This document shows, piece after piece, positions 1-12,600 of a stretch of DNA of 64,000 bases (position 1 is its first letter; the number at the start of each line of letters is the position of its first letter). The notes under the pieces were generated by a model. That model was not told the origin of the DNA. It saw only the letters and a list, made by a program, of their open reading frames with translations, and made no database searches. Source of the stretch: Lama guanicoe (lineage: Eukaryota); NCBI GenBank assembly GCA_013239625.1, contig MU053810.1, positions 4,930,071 through 4,994,070 of the forward strand. The letters are read 5' to 3'. The position numbers were made by a program, and so were the translations under genes.

Positions 1-301
1 TTTATCTTGTAGTTTTTAATATATTGATTATTTATTTTCTTGAACTATAATGTTTTTCTTATGATTATTCCTTCACTGACAACATGCAATGCCAGTAGAA
101 TGATAATTTAACCTCAAACTATAGCAGTAGCTCAATTCAGATCAAAACTCAGTTGTGAGGGATAATGATCATTAAACATCACTGGATATGCAGTCTTGAA
201 TACTTATTCTTCTAAATGATCTGATTATTGTCACCAGATCAAGCCACACTTTTGGGGACCTGTATGGTTGGGCCATTGTTTTGGTGTCCACCCCGATAAT
301 C

Positions 302-528
302 CAAGGTTTCTCAACACTCGCACTATAACATCTTGGGCCAGGTAATTGTTTGGGGAGAGGGTGGGAGCGCTGCCCTGTGCAATGCAGGATTCTCACCCAC
401 ATCTCTGGCCTCTACCTGCTTGCTGCCAGCAACACAACCCCAAACCCCCAATTGTGACAATCAAAAATGTCCACAATGTTGCCATGTGTTTCCTGGGGAG
501 CAAAACTGTCCCCAGTTAAGAAGCCCTC
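302..528. mobile_element. MER20-like hAT-Charlie element
   Basis: Ends gtttctcaac...gttaagaagcc and internal ttgtgacaatcaaaaatgtc match the recalled MER20 consensus. Confidence 0.75.
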
Positions 529-1626
529 TACACTAAGTTGGACCATGGGGTTTTGAAATCAGCTTACATTGAGGGCTGTTTATAAACAGTCATATAAACG
601 GTATTGAGGATACTGCCTACTGTAGTAGCCTTTGTCTTCCATTATGAGGAGCCATAGGAGAAATCTGTCTCAGACTTTGAGTGCAAACCAGATTTTGTTT
701 TTTTATGCATAATGTGAATCCTTAACTAATTCTTCCTTCCTTCCTCTTTTTTTTTTCTTTTCTTTTCTTTTCCTTTCTTTTTTGCCACTGGAAAAGCTCA
801 AAAGCAAATTTATAGCCCATTTTTGACAACAGTGTAAGATTCTACATATTACATGTATTTCATATGTTTTAAATCTCCTGAATGTCAGTTCATTTCCCCC
901 TCACCATGAACTTTTTAATTTTATTTTTATCTTACTATAAATACATGTATTTTTGCATATGGACACAAACTCTCCTTTTAATGAGGTTAAATATAAATTA
1001 ATAAATAAAATAGTACTTAAACTGTAATTTTCCCCAGCAGATCACAGCCTTTAGTCCTATTCTATTGTGCCTCCCCCCATCTCCTGTTAGATGTAGATCA
1101 AGTCTTCCCTTACAAATATTTAAGTCTGTTCTCTCCAGTCAAAGCATATAACTAAATCCATTCATTTCCGTGAGCTAAGTCAGATATATAATCATCTGCA
1201 TAGTAAAGTTTTATAACTATGTCCTTCTATATTTATTAGAAGAATATTTCTCCCAATAAAAACTAGAACATGACAGGCACGAAATTCTAGGTGCTGTATG
1301 TCTGGTAGGTCACCCAGGCATCAGCACATCATTCCATAGGGTGACGGGGAAACAGAAGACCCATGTCCTCTTCTGCTATGCTGGTTTTGTCCGTTTTTCC
1401 TTTCCCCACCATGGCCAAGTAATATTTGGAATTCATCCTGAGCCCTGGTGTATGACAGATGGTGACACAGGAGTGGCCCATCTTGCACAATGGTGACAAC
1501 TAGGGAGGGTCTTACCTCGCCCTATACTCTCCAATTACTTTGACAGTGCTGAAAGAAACCATTTTCCTCTCATTTTAACACTTAACGTAACCATACCAAG
1601 ACCTCAGATCAGATAGGGTATTACAA

Positions 1627-2440
1627 AGGTTCATCGACAGGTGAGTGGATAAACAATTTATGGTTTATTATTAAAGGGAAAACCACTAAGCAAAAAAAAA
1701 AAAAAAGGTAGTACTATTAGTACCTACACGTACAATACGGTGAATTGTAAAAAATATTATGCCAAGTCAAAGACACAAAAGAGTACATATTGTGTTATTC
1801 GTTTGTAAGAGATTCTAGAAGAGGCAAACGTCATCAATAGTGACAGAAAGCAGATCAGTGTTGGTCTGGGGCCAGCAGAGTGTTGACAGCAAAGTGATAC
1901 AAGGGGACTTCGTGGAATGATGAAAAGGTTCTTTCTGACATCACATCTTGATTGGAATGGTGGCTTCCCAAGTTACATACTTATCAAAACAAAACCTTAA
2001 GTGTAACAGTACACTTCAATTAGGTACAAATGTGATCTTCTTGCTAAAAATGCATAACTTCAAACTAATGATAGGAAAAACGTCAGACAAAACCAAATTG
2101 AAGGACATTCCACAAAATAACTGACCAGTACTACTCGGAAGTATCGAGGCCATGAATTACAGGGGAGACTGAGGCAGCATCACAGGCTAGAAGGAGCAAG
2201 GGGCCGTGATAGTGAATGCAGTGTCGGATCTGGCAACAGAGAAGGTGCAAAACCCACATAAAGCCTGCAGGTGTGTCGTACCAAAGTTGCTGTCTTGCTT
2301 TTGTTAACTGCACCACAGTTACATGTTTTTAACATTAGGGGAAGTTGAATGAAGGATATATGGAAACTCTTCACTATTTTTATAACTTTTTACATGTCTA
2401 AAGCCATCTAGAAATAAATGTTTTATTTTATAAAAGTTGT
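1627..2440 (+). mobile_element. Old LINE-1 (L1MB/MC-type) 3'UTR remnants
   Basis: gttcatcgacaggtgagtggataaacaa...gacagaaagcagatcagtg...aaggatatatggaaactct motifs. Confidence 0.65.
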
Positions 2441-2936
2441 GTGTAAATTTTAATTCAAAGCTCATATAAAATTAAAACAAAAATAAATGGCAACTTTCAA
2501 GACATAAACCTACCCCCAGACTGACTTTCCTTTTAAGTTCATTAAATATGTTTAGATCAAGAGTAAGACTGCTCTAAGAACCAAAATACTACATCTCAAT
2601 ATTTGAACCAATAAATCTGGTAGACAGAACACACACTAAAAGAAATCAGTGAATTTAAAAGATTACTAATTGAATAGAAATCTCAGAATTACTTCCCTCA
2701 GAATCATATGATCTAGTCCACCACATGAACACTGATACATAATTAACAGTAAAATCATCACATGTTCAAGTCCACAGGAAAAATAGGAGAATATTTAATT
2801 TCTAGGACTCTCACTTCTAAGGATTGTTATACATTTGAACTCCAAAATCTACATCATCTCATTTAAAATGATTTAAAGAATGGAAGCACATGGGTAGAAA
2901 AACATACAGAGAAAAATTAAAACGTTTACAACATAC

Positions 2937-2961
2937 CTCCTCTGTTGCCATTTTCTTCATC
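2937..2961 (-). CDS. ARHGAP21: ARHGAP21 exon 4, 25-nt micro-exon DEENGNRG(G)
   Basis: T-rich acceptor tttttattttgtAG, donor GAG|GTATGT. Continues SYK-DEENGNRGG as in the known protein. The next exon lies beyond the left window edge. Confidence 0.93.
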
Positions 2962-3206
2962 CTACAAAATAAAAAAAATATATATTCACATATGAATGCA
3001 TGTTTTATAGCTTGGTGAAGTCACAGTGAGGCTCAATTCAGTTTAAACTGCTCTCCCTCAGCAAGCTCACTAACAGTGCCTTGGCCAGAGGATGGAATTC
3101 CTGTGAATGCAGATGGGAAGATGGTGGGTGAAGCCAACTTTATGAGAAGGACGTCGGAAGTTCAGATTTAACTTACTGAGTGTAGGGTGTCTAAAACAGA
3201 CACCCA

Positions 3207-3344
3207 GGGTGGGGAGGTATGGCTCAGGGGTAGAGTGTGTGCTTAGCACGCACGAGGTCCTGGGTTCAACCCCCAGCACCTTCATTAAATAAATAAATCA
3301 ACCTAATTCCCTCCCCCCAACACAAACAAACAAACAAAGACATG
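3207..3344 (+). mobile_element. tRNA-Ala-derived SINE (camelid Vic-1-like)
   Basis: A box (tggctcaggggtagag), ttagc anticodon-like loop, B box (ggttcaaccc) and A-rich tail. TSD aaacagaca[c/t]cca at 3194-3206 and 3345-3357. Confidence 0.85.
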
Positions 3345-5581
3345 AAACAGACATCCAAAGAGAACTGTCAAAAGTGGGCAGCGGTATAGATGAATCTAGA
3401 ATTTGGAAGAGAGGGCCAGTCGGGTCATTACATATTTATGCACTATACCTTAATAAAATGTGCGTTTATAGGCTATTACAGGACCCAGAACTGTCATGGT
3501 ATAAACTGGCTCCAAATTGCTCTCTACTTAATTCCCTGTATTCAATTTTGAGCTGTTATCTACTTGGTGGTTTTCACTGCTACCGAGCTATCTCTCTGCC
3601 AAGTTACCTACCTCTAACTGGGAAATTAGAAAAGCAACTTTGAAAAACCAGCATAAAAACACATTGATTCAAATATTTGTTGAGCCTCTATCATATGAAA
3701 AATACAATGTACTGTGGAAAGAAAAACAGACATCTCGCAAAGGGCTGATAACTTGTTATATAATTTTTGACCTTTATTCTCGCTGCCCAAATACATTTTT
3801 TTTTCCTGGTTATAAGCTCTGTTCTGAGCCTGCTAGGGTTGCCAGCTTCGTAACATAATAAAGACATTGTATTAACTGCACCTTCTCTGAAAGCTATATA
3901 GTATTCATTTTTATAAACTCCTTTGAAGTGAATGAACACATTTTCATAATTGAAAAGATTTTAATATATATTTTCCATGTAAAATTTACAAGACTGGGAA
4001 CTATTTGCAAGAACATCTGTGTTAAATAATAGCCTTAATAGCTGAAGTTTCCTGAGCACCTACTGTGTGCCAGTTCCTGTGCTGTTTCACATGTATGTAT
4101 CACTTACTCAACACAGCCACCTGTGAGGAAGGTGCTGTCACTGTCTGTCAGGAGACGCACTCAAGGGTGCACCAAAGCTACCAAGGGTCAGAGATGGCAG
4201 GCAGGTGGTAGAGAGGGTCTTTGGCTCCAAAGACTGTGCTGTTAACAGTTACGCTGCACTACTAAAATTTCTACAAATATTTTCCAATAATAAAACAATA
4301 ATGATCATGATGATGATGCATTTTAAACCTGTGTTGGGTACAATTATCTTATAAAAACTGTACTGCGTATCTGTTCATCATGACCCAGAGCTCTTCTTCA
4401 AAACAAAAACAAAAGATGGAAAAAAAAAAAGAAGATTCGGTCTTAGTATGTAAATAAAAGCAAGGGACTCAAATTTTCGATGACTCTCACATGTGACCTT
4501 AATACCTAAGTGATAGTATTTAGGACATTTTAAGATCAAGCAGACTCTTAGGGAATCTGGTTCAACTGCTTTATACATGTCAGGAAAGCCAAACTGGGAC
4601 ATTTTAATTCCAAAGGTAGCAATTATTCATAACTCTTAAAAACTATTCAGTACTTTTAAAACCTTATCCTGTAAGACATTTTACTAGAAAGAAATATTTA
4701 ACATAGATATAATAAGAAGAGTGTGGTCTCCAGAAGTGATCTGACACTACATTTTAAAAAGACAGCCCTATATTTGTAGATATTTAGAATTAGAAAGGAC
4801 TTTCTAATCTTCTAGTTCAATTCCCTCAAATTAGAATAGAAATCTAGAGGCTTGGCCGAAGTCTCACAAGTCTCCTGAATGTCATTTTTTCCATTACCCT
4901 GTTGTACAACAGCCAGGCATCAGGCATCCATGTTGGCCAAGTTCACGTTCCTAGGTCCACCACTTACTCGTTATATGACTCAGACCAGTTTCCACATCTG
5001 TTACACGGGGCCAATAATAAAGGGAGAGATCGCTCATAAAGACAGCAAAGAACACAGAACAAGTACCCAGCATGTCATCATTCCACGCCACCTCTTACTA
5101 GACCATGTTACTATACGTCAAGGTATATTAAGGTAATTCACTCTGGTGAGAAGCTGTGTTTTTAAATTCTGACTTGCCATCATATTACATGTCTGGGAGT
5201 TAAGTATTAGTCTAATTCCAATAACGTTTTATAATTGTCCAAATATGTTAACATACTGTTTCCTCTGCACCCTCTGCCCAGAAAACTCACCAGCTTTCTA
5301 GATATTAGAAAACCAGCTCCATATTACACAAAGGAGAATGACGTTCAGAATTAGACGCTCTAGTGAGAAAGATTTGGTGTTCATAATCAACAGGACCTTT
5401 TCAGAGGAAATTAAGGTTTTTGCTCTAGAAGGTAGAAAAACTATCTAAAAGATGTAAAAGAATATTATAAAAATGCAGATATAACACTTAATCCTTTTTT
5501 AAGACAGAAAGAAGGCAGGATGGGAGGAAGGCGAGAAGGAGACAGGAACTGCCTGTGTTCCACCGTAATCACTTCTCTTAC

Positions 5582-5761
5582 CTTGTATGAAAATTGAATT
5601 GCAGACTCTGGGGGATAAACAATAAAATGCCTTAATGTAAAACCGAAACCTTGAGATGTTCTTTTCAACATAACTGTTTTGGGACCTGGCCAGGAGAACG
5701 CTTCATCTTCGGATGGTGATACAGTTTCACTTTCTTCTTTTCCATCTTTACTTTTTGATAC
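5582..5761 (-). CDS. ARHGAP21: ARHGAP21 exon 3, [60 protein letters not shown] (start of PDZ domain)
   Basis: 180 nt, acceptor tcttttcattttAG, donor AAG|GTAAGA, phase 0/0. Contains the PDZ GFGF loop and the FIVYPPES motif of ARHGAP21/23. Confidence 0.97.
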
Positions 5762-6249
5762 CTAAAATGAAAAGACAATTCAAAGTTAATGTTAAAAAAT
5801 AACAATATATTTCGTCACTTGGGGAAAAAATTATATGTAAAAATAAAATACGTGAGTGCAGATAGTAACCTAATGGAGAAAAAGAACCACATTCTGACAC
5901 ATGAACTGTATATGGTACAACAAATTATGCAGATTATCAAAAACTCAATGTCTTTTTCCTAGAAGGGGATGCTATGAAAAGTTAATCAGAAGCAAGAACA
6001 AACTCTTGGAAACGAGAACTAGAATGGCAAAAATTTTAAATTCAATAGAAGGAATGAAAGATAGCACTTCTTTCTTCTTTATGAAGAAAAATCCCATAGA
6101 GCGCTGAGGACTAGGAACCAAACTGTGAAAGAAGAGACATGAAACTCTTGCTGAGTAAGAACACTGAAACTGTTATCAGTCCAACAGCAGCAAAGGATAT
6201 TAGAAAATAAGAGATAAGGCTTCAGGTGTTGAGCACAAATTCAGTATCC

Positions 6250-7490
6250 ACATAGATAACCCTTCCAATATCCTGGCTTTCCAGCTCTTTGCCATCCTCT
6301 CCTCTACTCCTGGCTTTCACCTGGTCATGAGCAAAGACCCTGTGCAATCTGAAATCAAGACCTCACACTTCTTCCTCTCACGTGCCAACCCTTACAATTC
6401 TTCCATCTGAGGCTGACCCTACCACCCTGTCCCCGTCCCTCACTGCCCTACACCCTCACTTCCCCTCTCAAGCCAGCTTCAACTCACCCCTTGGCCTTTC
6501 TCACTTCCTCCAAGCCACCTGAGAAAACCTAATCCTGGATCAATCAACATTGCCTACTCTGCACCTGCACCTACGTGGCCCAACGTGGTGGAAACAAACA
6601 AAAACTAAGCCGATTGCTTCCATGCTAAGTTCATGACCACCACCCTCAAGAGAGCCTTCAGAGCTGTCTGTCAGCGATAATCCATTTCTCTCCAGACAAC
6701 TATTTCATCCCTTCTCCCCTGCTTTATTACACACAAAACACACAAGCGGTAAGATGGGAACTCAGGGGGCTTACCCATCTGCCCACCCACCTGCGACTGG
6801 GCCACATGCTCCTGTTTTTTGCCTTGTATCCGCCCACCACGAATGCACTGGATCCCAGTCCCTCTCACCAGACAAAGACCTGGTTTCGGCCATTATTCCC
6901 TCTTGCTTTGGCATCATCTGTTTTCTCTTTACTGCATCATTCCCATCAGCATGTGTGTGTACATCTTCTAAGTTTTTTAACCTTAAAATAACAAAAATCT
7001 TCCCTTGACCACAGCCCTTCCCAGCCACCACACTGTATCTCTGCCTATCTTTAGAGCAAAAGAGTTGTCTTGCTTGAAAGTTGTCTACAGCTGCTATCTC
7101 TAATCCTTTTTCTCCCATTTGTCTCTTAAATCCCCTTAAATCAGGCTTTTGCCACCATAATTCCCTGAAAATGCTCTTGCCAAGGTCACCAGTGGCTTCG
7201 CTAAACTGAAAGGTCAATTCTCGGCTCTCGTGACCTGTCAGTTGCTGCAAGGATTACTTCCTTCTTGAAGAACTTCTCCATGTGACTTCCCACACGGAGT
7301 TTCTGCCTAACTCACCGGCTCCTTCTCAGTCCCCTTCGCTACTTCTTCATCTGCTAAACTTCTGAACTTATACCCAGGACTCAGTCAATGGATCTTTCTA
7401 CCGCTACTGTTTTTTGGTGATTTTCCCAATTTTCATCTCCAGCTCAGAGATCTCCTCAATCTTATAGGTATCTCAAACTTAACACATGTA
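6250..7490 (+). mobile_element. LINE-2 remnant including RT-domain fossil
   Basis: ~7140-7200 reads SGFCHHNS/(T)ENALAKVTS, a degenerate QSGFRxxHSTETALxKVTND RT motif. C/T-rich L2 texture. Confidence 0.7.
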
Positions 7491-7879
7491 CCTTGCTGCT
7501 AAGATTTTGTATTAAATTACAACTCCAAGTTCATCTCAGCAGCTTTGAAATGTCACCTTTATCAAACGACAAATACTTGAATATGCTTGATTCTATTACC
7601 GTTTTCATTATGCTTCACTAGTGAATCTTATCCTTCCACAATGATTTGTTTCATATATATATAGGTATTTGAACTTAAAAAAGTGCTCCTGGAAGCATTT
7701 TTTCAAGAGTCTTCTAAATCCTGAACATTTTCATCCTAAGTCAACATTTGGGCTGTTACTAGTTAGTTGTTCATCAATTTTATTTTTTTTTTTCCATTTG
7801 GGAAGACAGCTTGATAGTAACATTCCCCAGCCAAACCTGCAGTGGGGGGAGGCTGTGACCGAGTCCTACTCAATGGAAT

Positions 7880-8330
7880 AGAAGTAATTTAAATATACAA
7901 AACAAACAGCATTTCTATACACTGACAATGGGCAATCAGAAATTGAAAAATTTTAAATACTATTTAAAATGTAAAATACTTGGGGATAAATATGACAAAA
8001 TATTCGCCAGACCTGTAAACTGTAACTCCTAAACACCGCTGAGGGGTTTGGGGAATATCTAAAGAAATGGAGAGATGTGCCAAGGTTCAGAAGACACAAT
8101 GTTGTTACAACATGAACTCTCCCCACCCTGATCTACAGAAGCAATGAAATCCCAATCAAAATCCCAGGAGACTCTGGTGCAGAAGTAGGTAAGCTGTTTC
8201 TAACATTCCCTCTGAAATGAAAAAGACCTACATAACCTAAACAACTCTGAAGCAGAACAGAACGGGAGCACTTAACGCTATAAGACTTCTCATAAAGCTA
8301 CAGTCAGCAAGACTCTGAGCACTACGGAGA
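7880..8330 (+). mobile_element. Old LINE-1 ORF2 fragment
   Basis: aaatacttggggataaat (KYLGIN) ... atcccaatcaaaatccca (IPIKIP). Confidence 0.75.
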
Positions 8331-8719
8331 CTGCACATCGAAACTCATTTATCATAAATGCATTTTAACTTATGCCCCGTTCCAAGGCTCGGGGATGGAG
8401 GGGGAGGGGGAATAACATCAAACATCAACATGGGAGACTCCAGTTGAATCCTGAATAACTGCGGAAGTGATCGTATGATCAGGTAGAACTTGTAGGATAC
8501 AAGTTATTATTCTAGGCTTAAAGTAGTGGCTGGCTCCTCCTTTTGAGATCCAAATGAGAATTATTTTATACGTGCACACAAGTTTGTTCTTTCTCTCTCC
8601 CTTCCCCCCAGTTCATTCAGTAAATAAGTATTTATTGAGCACCCACTATTTACTCAACACTATCCCACACATGGGGACACAGGGGTGAGTGCAGTATGCA
8701 CAATTTAGTTTAATTAAGC

Positions 8720-9630
8720 TTCTTATTTTGAGATGATTACAGCTTCCCATAAAACTGTAAAAAATAATACAATGGGATCCTCCATAATCTTTATGCAGAT
8801 TCCCTCAACAGTAACATCCTGGAAAACTACAGTACATTACAACCAGGATACTGACATAGATACAATCCATCCACCTTATCCAGATTTCACCAGTTTAACT
8901 TGTACTTGTATGTGTTTAGCTCTATGCAGCTTTATCACATGAGGTTTGTGTGTCCATCACGACAAAGATTTCTCCTGCTGCCCCTTCATAACCACACCCA
9001 CTTCTCTCTTCAGCTCTCACACACTCCCCAACCCTAGGCAACCACTAATCTGGTCCTGTCATTTTGTTGTTTCAAGAACTCTTAGATAAATAGAATCATA
9101 CAGTCAGTAAATTTGAGGGATTTTTTTTTTTCACTCAGCATAATTCTCTAGAGATTCACACAGGTTGTTGTGTGTATGAACAGTTTGTCCTTTTTCATTG
9201 CTGAGTAGTATTCCTTTGTATAGATGTACCGCAGTGCATTTAAAGGACATCTGGGTTGTTTCTATTTTTTGACTATTATGAAAAATGTGTTATGAACATT
9301 CATGTACAGGTTTTGTGTAAATGTAATTTCCATTTTTATGGGACAGATGTCCAAGAATGCTGTAGCTGGGCTGTATGTATGGTAATTTATGGTAATTGCA
9401 TGTTTATTTTTTTTAAAAAACTGCCCAACTTTTCCAGAGTAATTGTATGATTTTAAATTCCCACCAGCCATGTGTAAGTGAGCCAATATCTGTGCATCCT
9501 CAGTGACATTTGGTATTGTCATTATTTTTCCTTCTGGCCATTGTGACAGGTGTGTGATGATGTCTTGTAACATTTGCATTTTCCTAATGGCCAACGATGA
9601 GCATCTTTTCATGTGCTTAGTTGCCATCTC
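8720..9630 (-). mobile_element. Old LINE-1 (L1M) 3' region
   Basis: Track ORF 9262-9627 (MATKHMKRCSSLAIRKMQ...) is degenerate ORF2p; the 3'UTR lies leftward. Confidence 0.75.
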
Positions 9631-12600
9631 TTTGTGTAATTTTAAAGCACTAAAGAATCTTTAAGATTTAGTCAATGTAAGTGAACCCGTTCCTGTTACA
9701 CATGAGGAAACTGAGGCCTGGATTAGTTAAGTGATTTGTCCAAGATTACTGCTGCCTAGTATCAGGGCAAGAATAAAAATCACGGTTTTTTGAATCTGGG
9801 GCTGGAGTATTTCCCCTGTGTCACGGTATTTTTCATCATCTCTTCTATTGTGTAGTCTACACTGATTCTTCCCAAAAGCTCTTTGATATGATCTACTATT
9901 TTTATATTTCATTTTTCTGCAGGACCCTAATTTCACAACTTCAAACATTTTACACGTATTAAATTTATTTCTAGTGCATTATTGCAGTCTGGCCTCACAG
10001 CTGCCAAATATATTCAAGTTTCCTTTCCTTCTCCTTTGAACCATATGGATGAGGTTCTCGGATCATGGTGTCGTGCTTCAAGGTTCTGAACTGAGCCTGC
10101 TGTGTCTTGTTCTACTGAGTTCTTTACTAAAACGGAGAAGATGGGATGAAGGGTTGGCAATTTCTTTTTTGCTCCCTCCAAACTAAGATTTTCTGATGCA
10201 ACAAAAGCTCCGTTGTTTCAATTATTCCACCCTCCCAAGAACATCGCATTGAGTCCTCTCTGGTCTCCCTACCTGCTCCCTACGGGAAAGAAGGGAGGGT
10301 TACAATTCTTTCCACAGAGAAAGAGAAGATGAAAAGACATACACATATGTGCCTTCTTGCTCCTTCTCCTCCTCACCCGTGGGGCCTTTTGATCTGCAGG
10401 ATTTTATAACAAGGGCAAACTACAGACACACAGTCAGATTTCTCCCCTTGAAGACCCTTAATTTGTTCTCTCTCTGCACGTGTCTCATCTCCCCACCGTG
10501 AGCACCAGTTCATGGACCAACACCATCAGCGTATAAGAAGCCAAAATGTGGCTGGAATAACAGCAGTTAAATTCCTGTGGACTAAGAACTGTCATTTGAT
10601 TCCCTTAAAAGACTTCATAACAAGGTCACTTGATTGAGTAATAGCTCAAGGTTAAAAGAAACCAAAATAAAGGATAAAAAGTAGATATAACAGCTAGACA
10701 AAGCAAAGAGGAGCGAGAGAAAGTACAAGGGGAAAACGCTAACCATACAACAGTAAAGGTAATAAAAACCTCACAGAAGGGAACCTGTGCTGGCAGGAGA
10801 GCCCCTTTTGGGATGATGGAAACGTTCTAAATGTAGGCTGTAATGGGAGTTTCACAACTGTGTATATTTACTACAAGCCACTGAAATGTACACTTACGAT
10901 GGGTGAATTTTACGGTATGTAAATTACACTTCGACATAGGTGTTTTAAAAAAAAGAAACTGGCGTAGGTAAAAAGTACAAAGTCTGAATGTTTGCCAGAG
11001 GTGAAAGACACAGCAAACACAGGAGAGTGAAGAAAGAATCCCTGTATACCAGCAACTGTACAGCTCCTAAGCTAGCTTTTGTCATCATTTGTACTTTAAA
11101 TTGAAAGGGAACAGCTTCCTAGTATATTCCAGGAATCATTCACGACAAAGCAAAAAAAAAAAAAGTTGTATTACGTTCATCCTAAAAGATTCTAATATTG
11201 GTTCCATCATATACCTAAAGATTATGAGCCCTACTCCTAGGGATTATTTGAAAATGTTTTGCTATTTTTTTTTAATCTTACCACTGAAAACATTAGTAGT
11301 ACCAGTTGCTTAAAGTAAGTTTTTTTCCCTTATTTCAGGGCCTGACTTTTTTGTGGTGATGCAACCCCTTTTTAAGATGACACTTGCTGAGAAAAACACA
11401 AGGGATTTGAATATGTGAGGTTGTTTTTTCTTTTATTATAGTTGAATTGCTCAACTCTCATAGTTGTGACTGTCATCTGGTTTGATGCTTTTTCGTTTAC
11501 TACATGGGGAGCTGTGCACACAGAGGGGAAAAGCATGGACTCTGCAGCCCGGATCCCTGGGCCTGGGTCCCTAATTTACCACCAGCTGTATACTTTGGGC
11601 ATGTTCCTTAACACACCTGGACTTTGGTCCCTCATCTTCCATATGAGGGTGATAATAACAGCGCCAACTTCGTTAGCTTCTTACGAAGATTAAATGAGTT
11701 ATAGTTTGTCCAGTGTTTAAAAAAGTACAACACACGTAGCAAGCATTATTTAATTGTTTTTTTTTTTAAATCACAGGGGTCCCCAATACAGAAAGGCTTA
11801 TTTCAGAAGAATGTTACATGGTAACACTTTTCAGATACTCAAAACAAAAGCATTTAAAACATAGATTTTTATGTACACACAGAAGCCTGATGGAGAAATG
11901 CGTTCAGGGTGGTTGAGTAGTTTGGCAAAACACAGCTGGTAAGGGATAGAGCCTACTTGACACCGTGAACAAAAGGGGAATAACATGTGGATTTAAACAT
12001 CTGGGTATCGCCCATCTTTAAACTACTTTCTCCATAGTCCTAATGCTGCAGAGAGTTAATCTCACAGCAAATTATTCCTCACATATTGAGTATCTCTGAT
12101 GGGGCACTTCTCTGCAAAATGTACAACACGTGGAGACCTTGTGTTTTTAATTAAAGAGCTTGTTTGTCTAATTCCAACAGAGTTAAAAGAATCTTGAATA
12201 AATCTTCTTTATCTGCTATGTATACCTGGCAACTCATGATTTCTGCCTCTTATGATAAAGTATCTTCCTTAAAAAAAGTTTTTAAATTGTTTTTGCCAAT
12301 CCAGGTTGAAAACAATTGAAACTCCTTTAATGTTCAATATCTAAATGTGTCTAGATGTATTTTTCCGAGAATTAATTCTAGTTTTCCGTAGATACGTTAA
12401 TATTTAAAAACTGAAAGATGACCAAAGACATTCTAATGCTCTCATGACTTGAAAAAATCTAGATGATGTAGTTCAAAATATTTCAAATTAAATGTTTGGA
12501 CTTTTTTTCAAATATAAATCTTTAAATTTTAAGTTTATTATTTACTTGGACACTCATTTATAATATCTTTCCTCTAAGTAGACTGTTGATATGGGTCCTT

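Noticed and set aside
2997..3002. TGCATG (RBFOX motif) near the micro-exon
   Set aside because: It is on the plus strand; the transcript strand reads CATGCA.
5465..5581. ORF extension VREVITVEH... after SYK; likewise 55147-55290 after ACE
   Set aside because: Read-through into introns past canonical GT donors.
6771..7250. 159-aa minus-strand ORF
   Set aside because: Antisense to a LINE-2 RT fossil, with no splice or start support.
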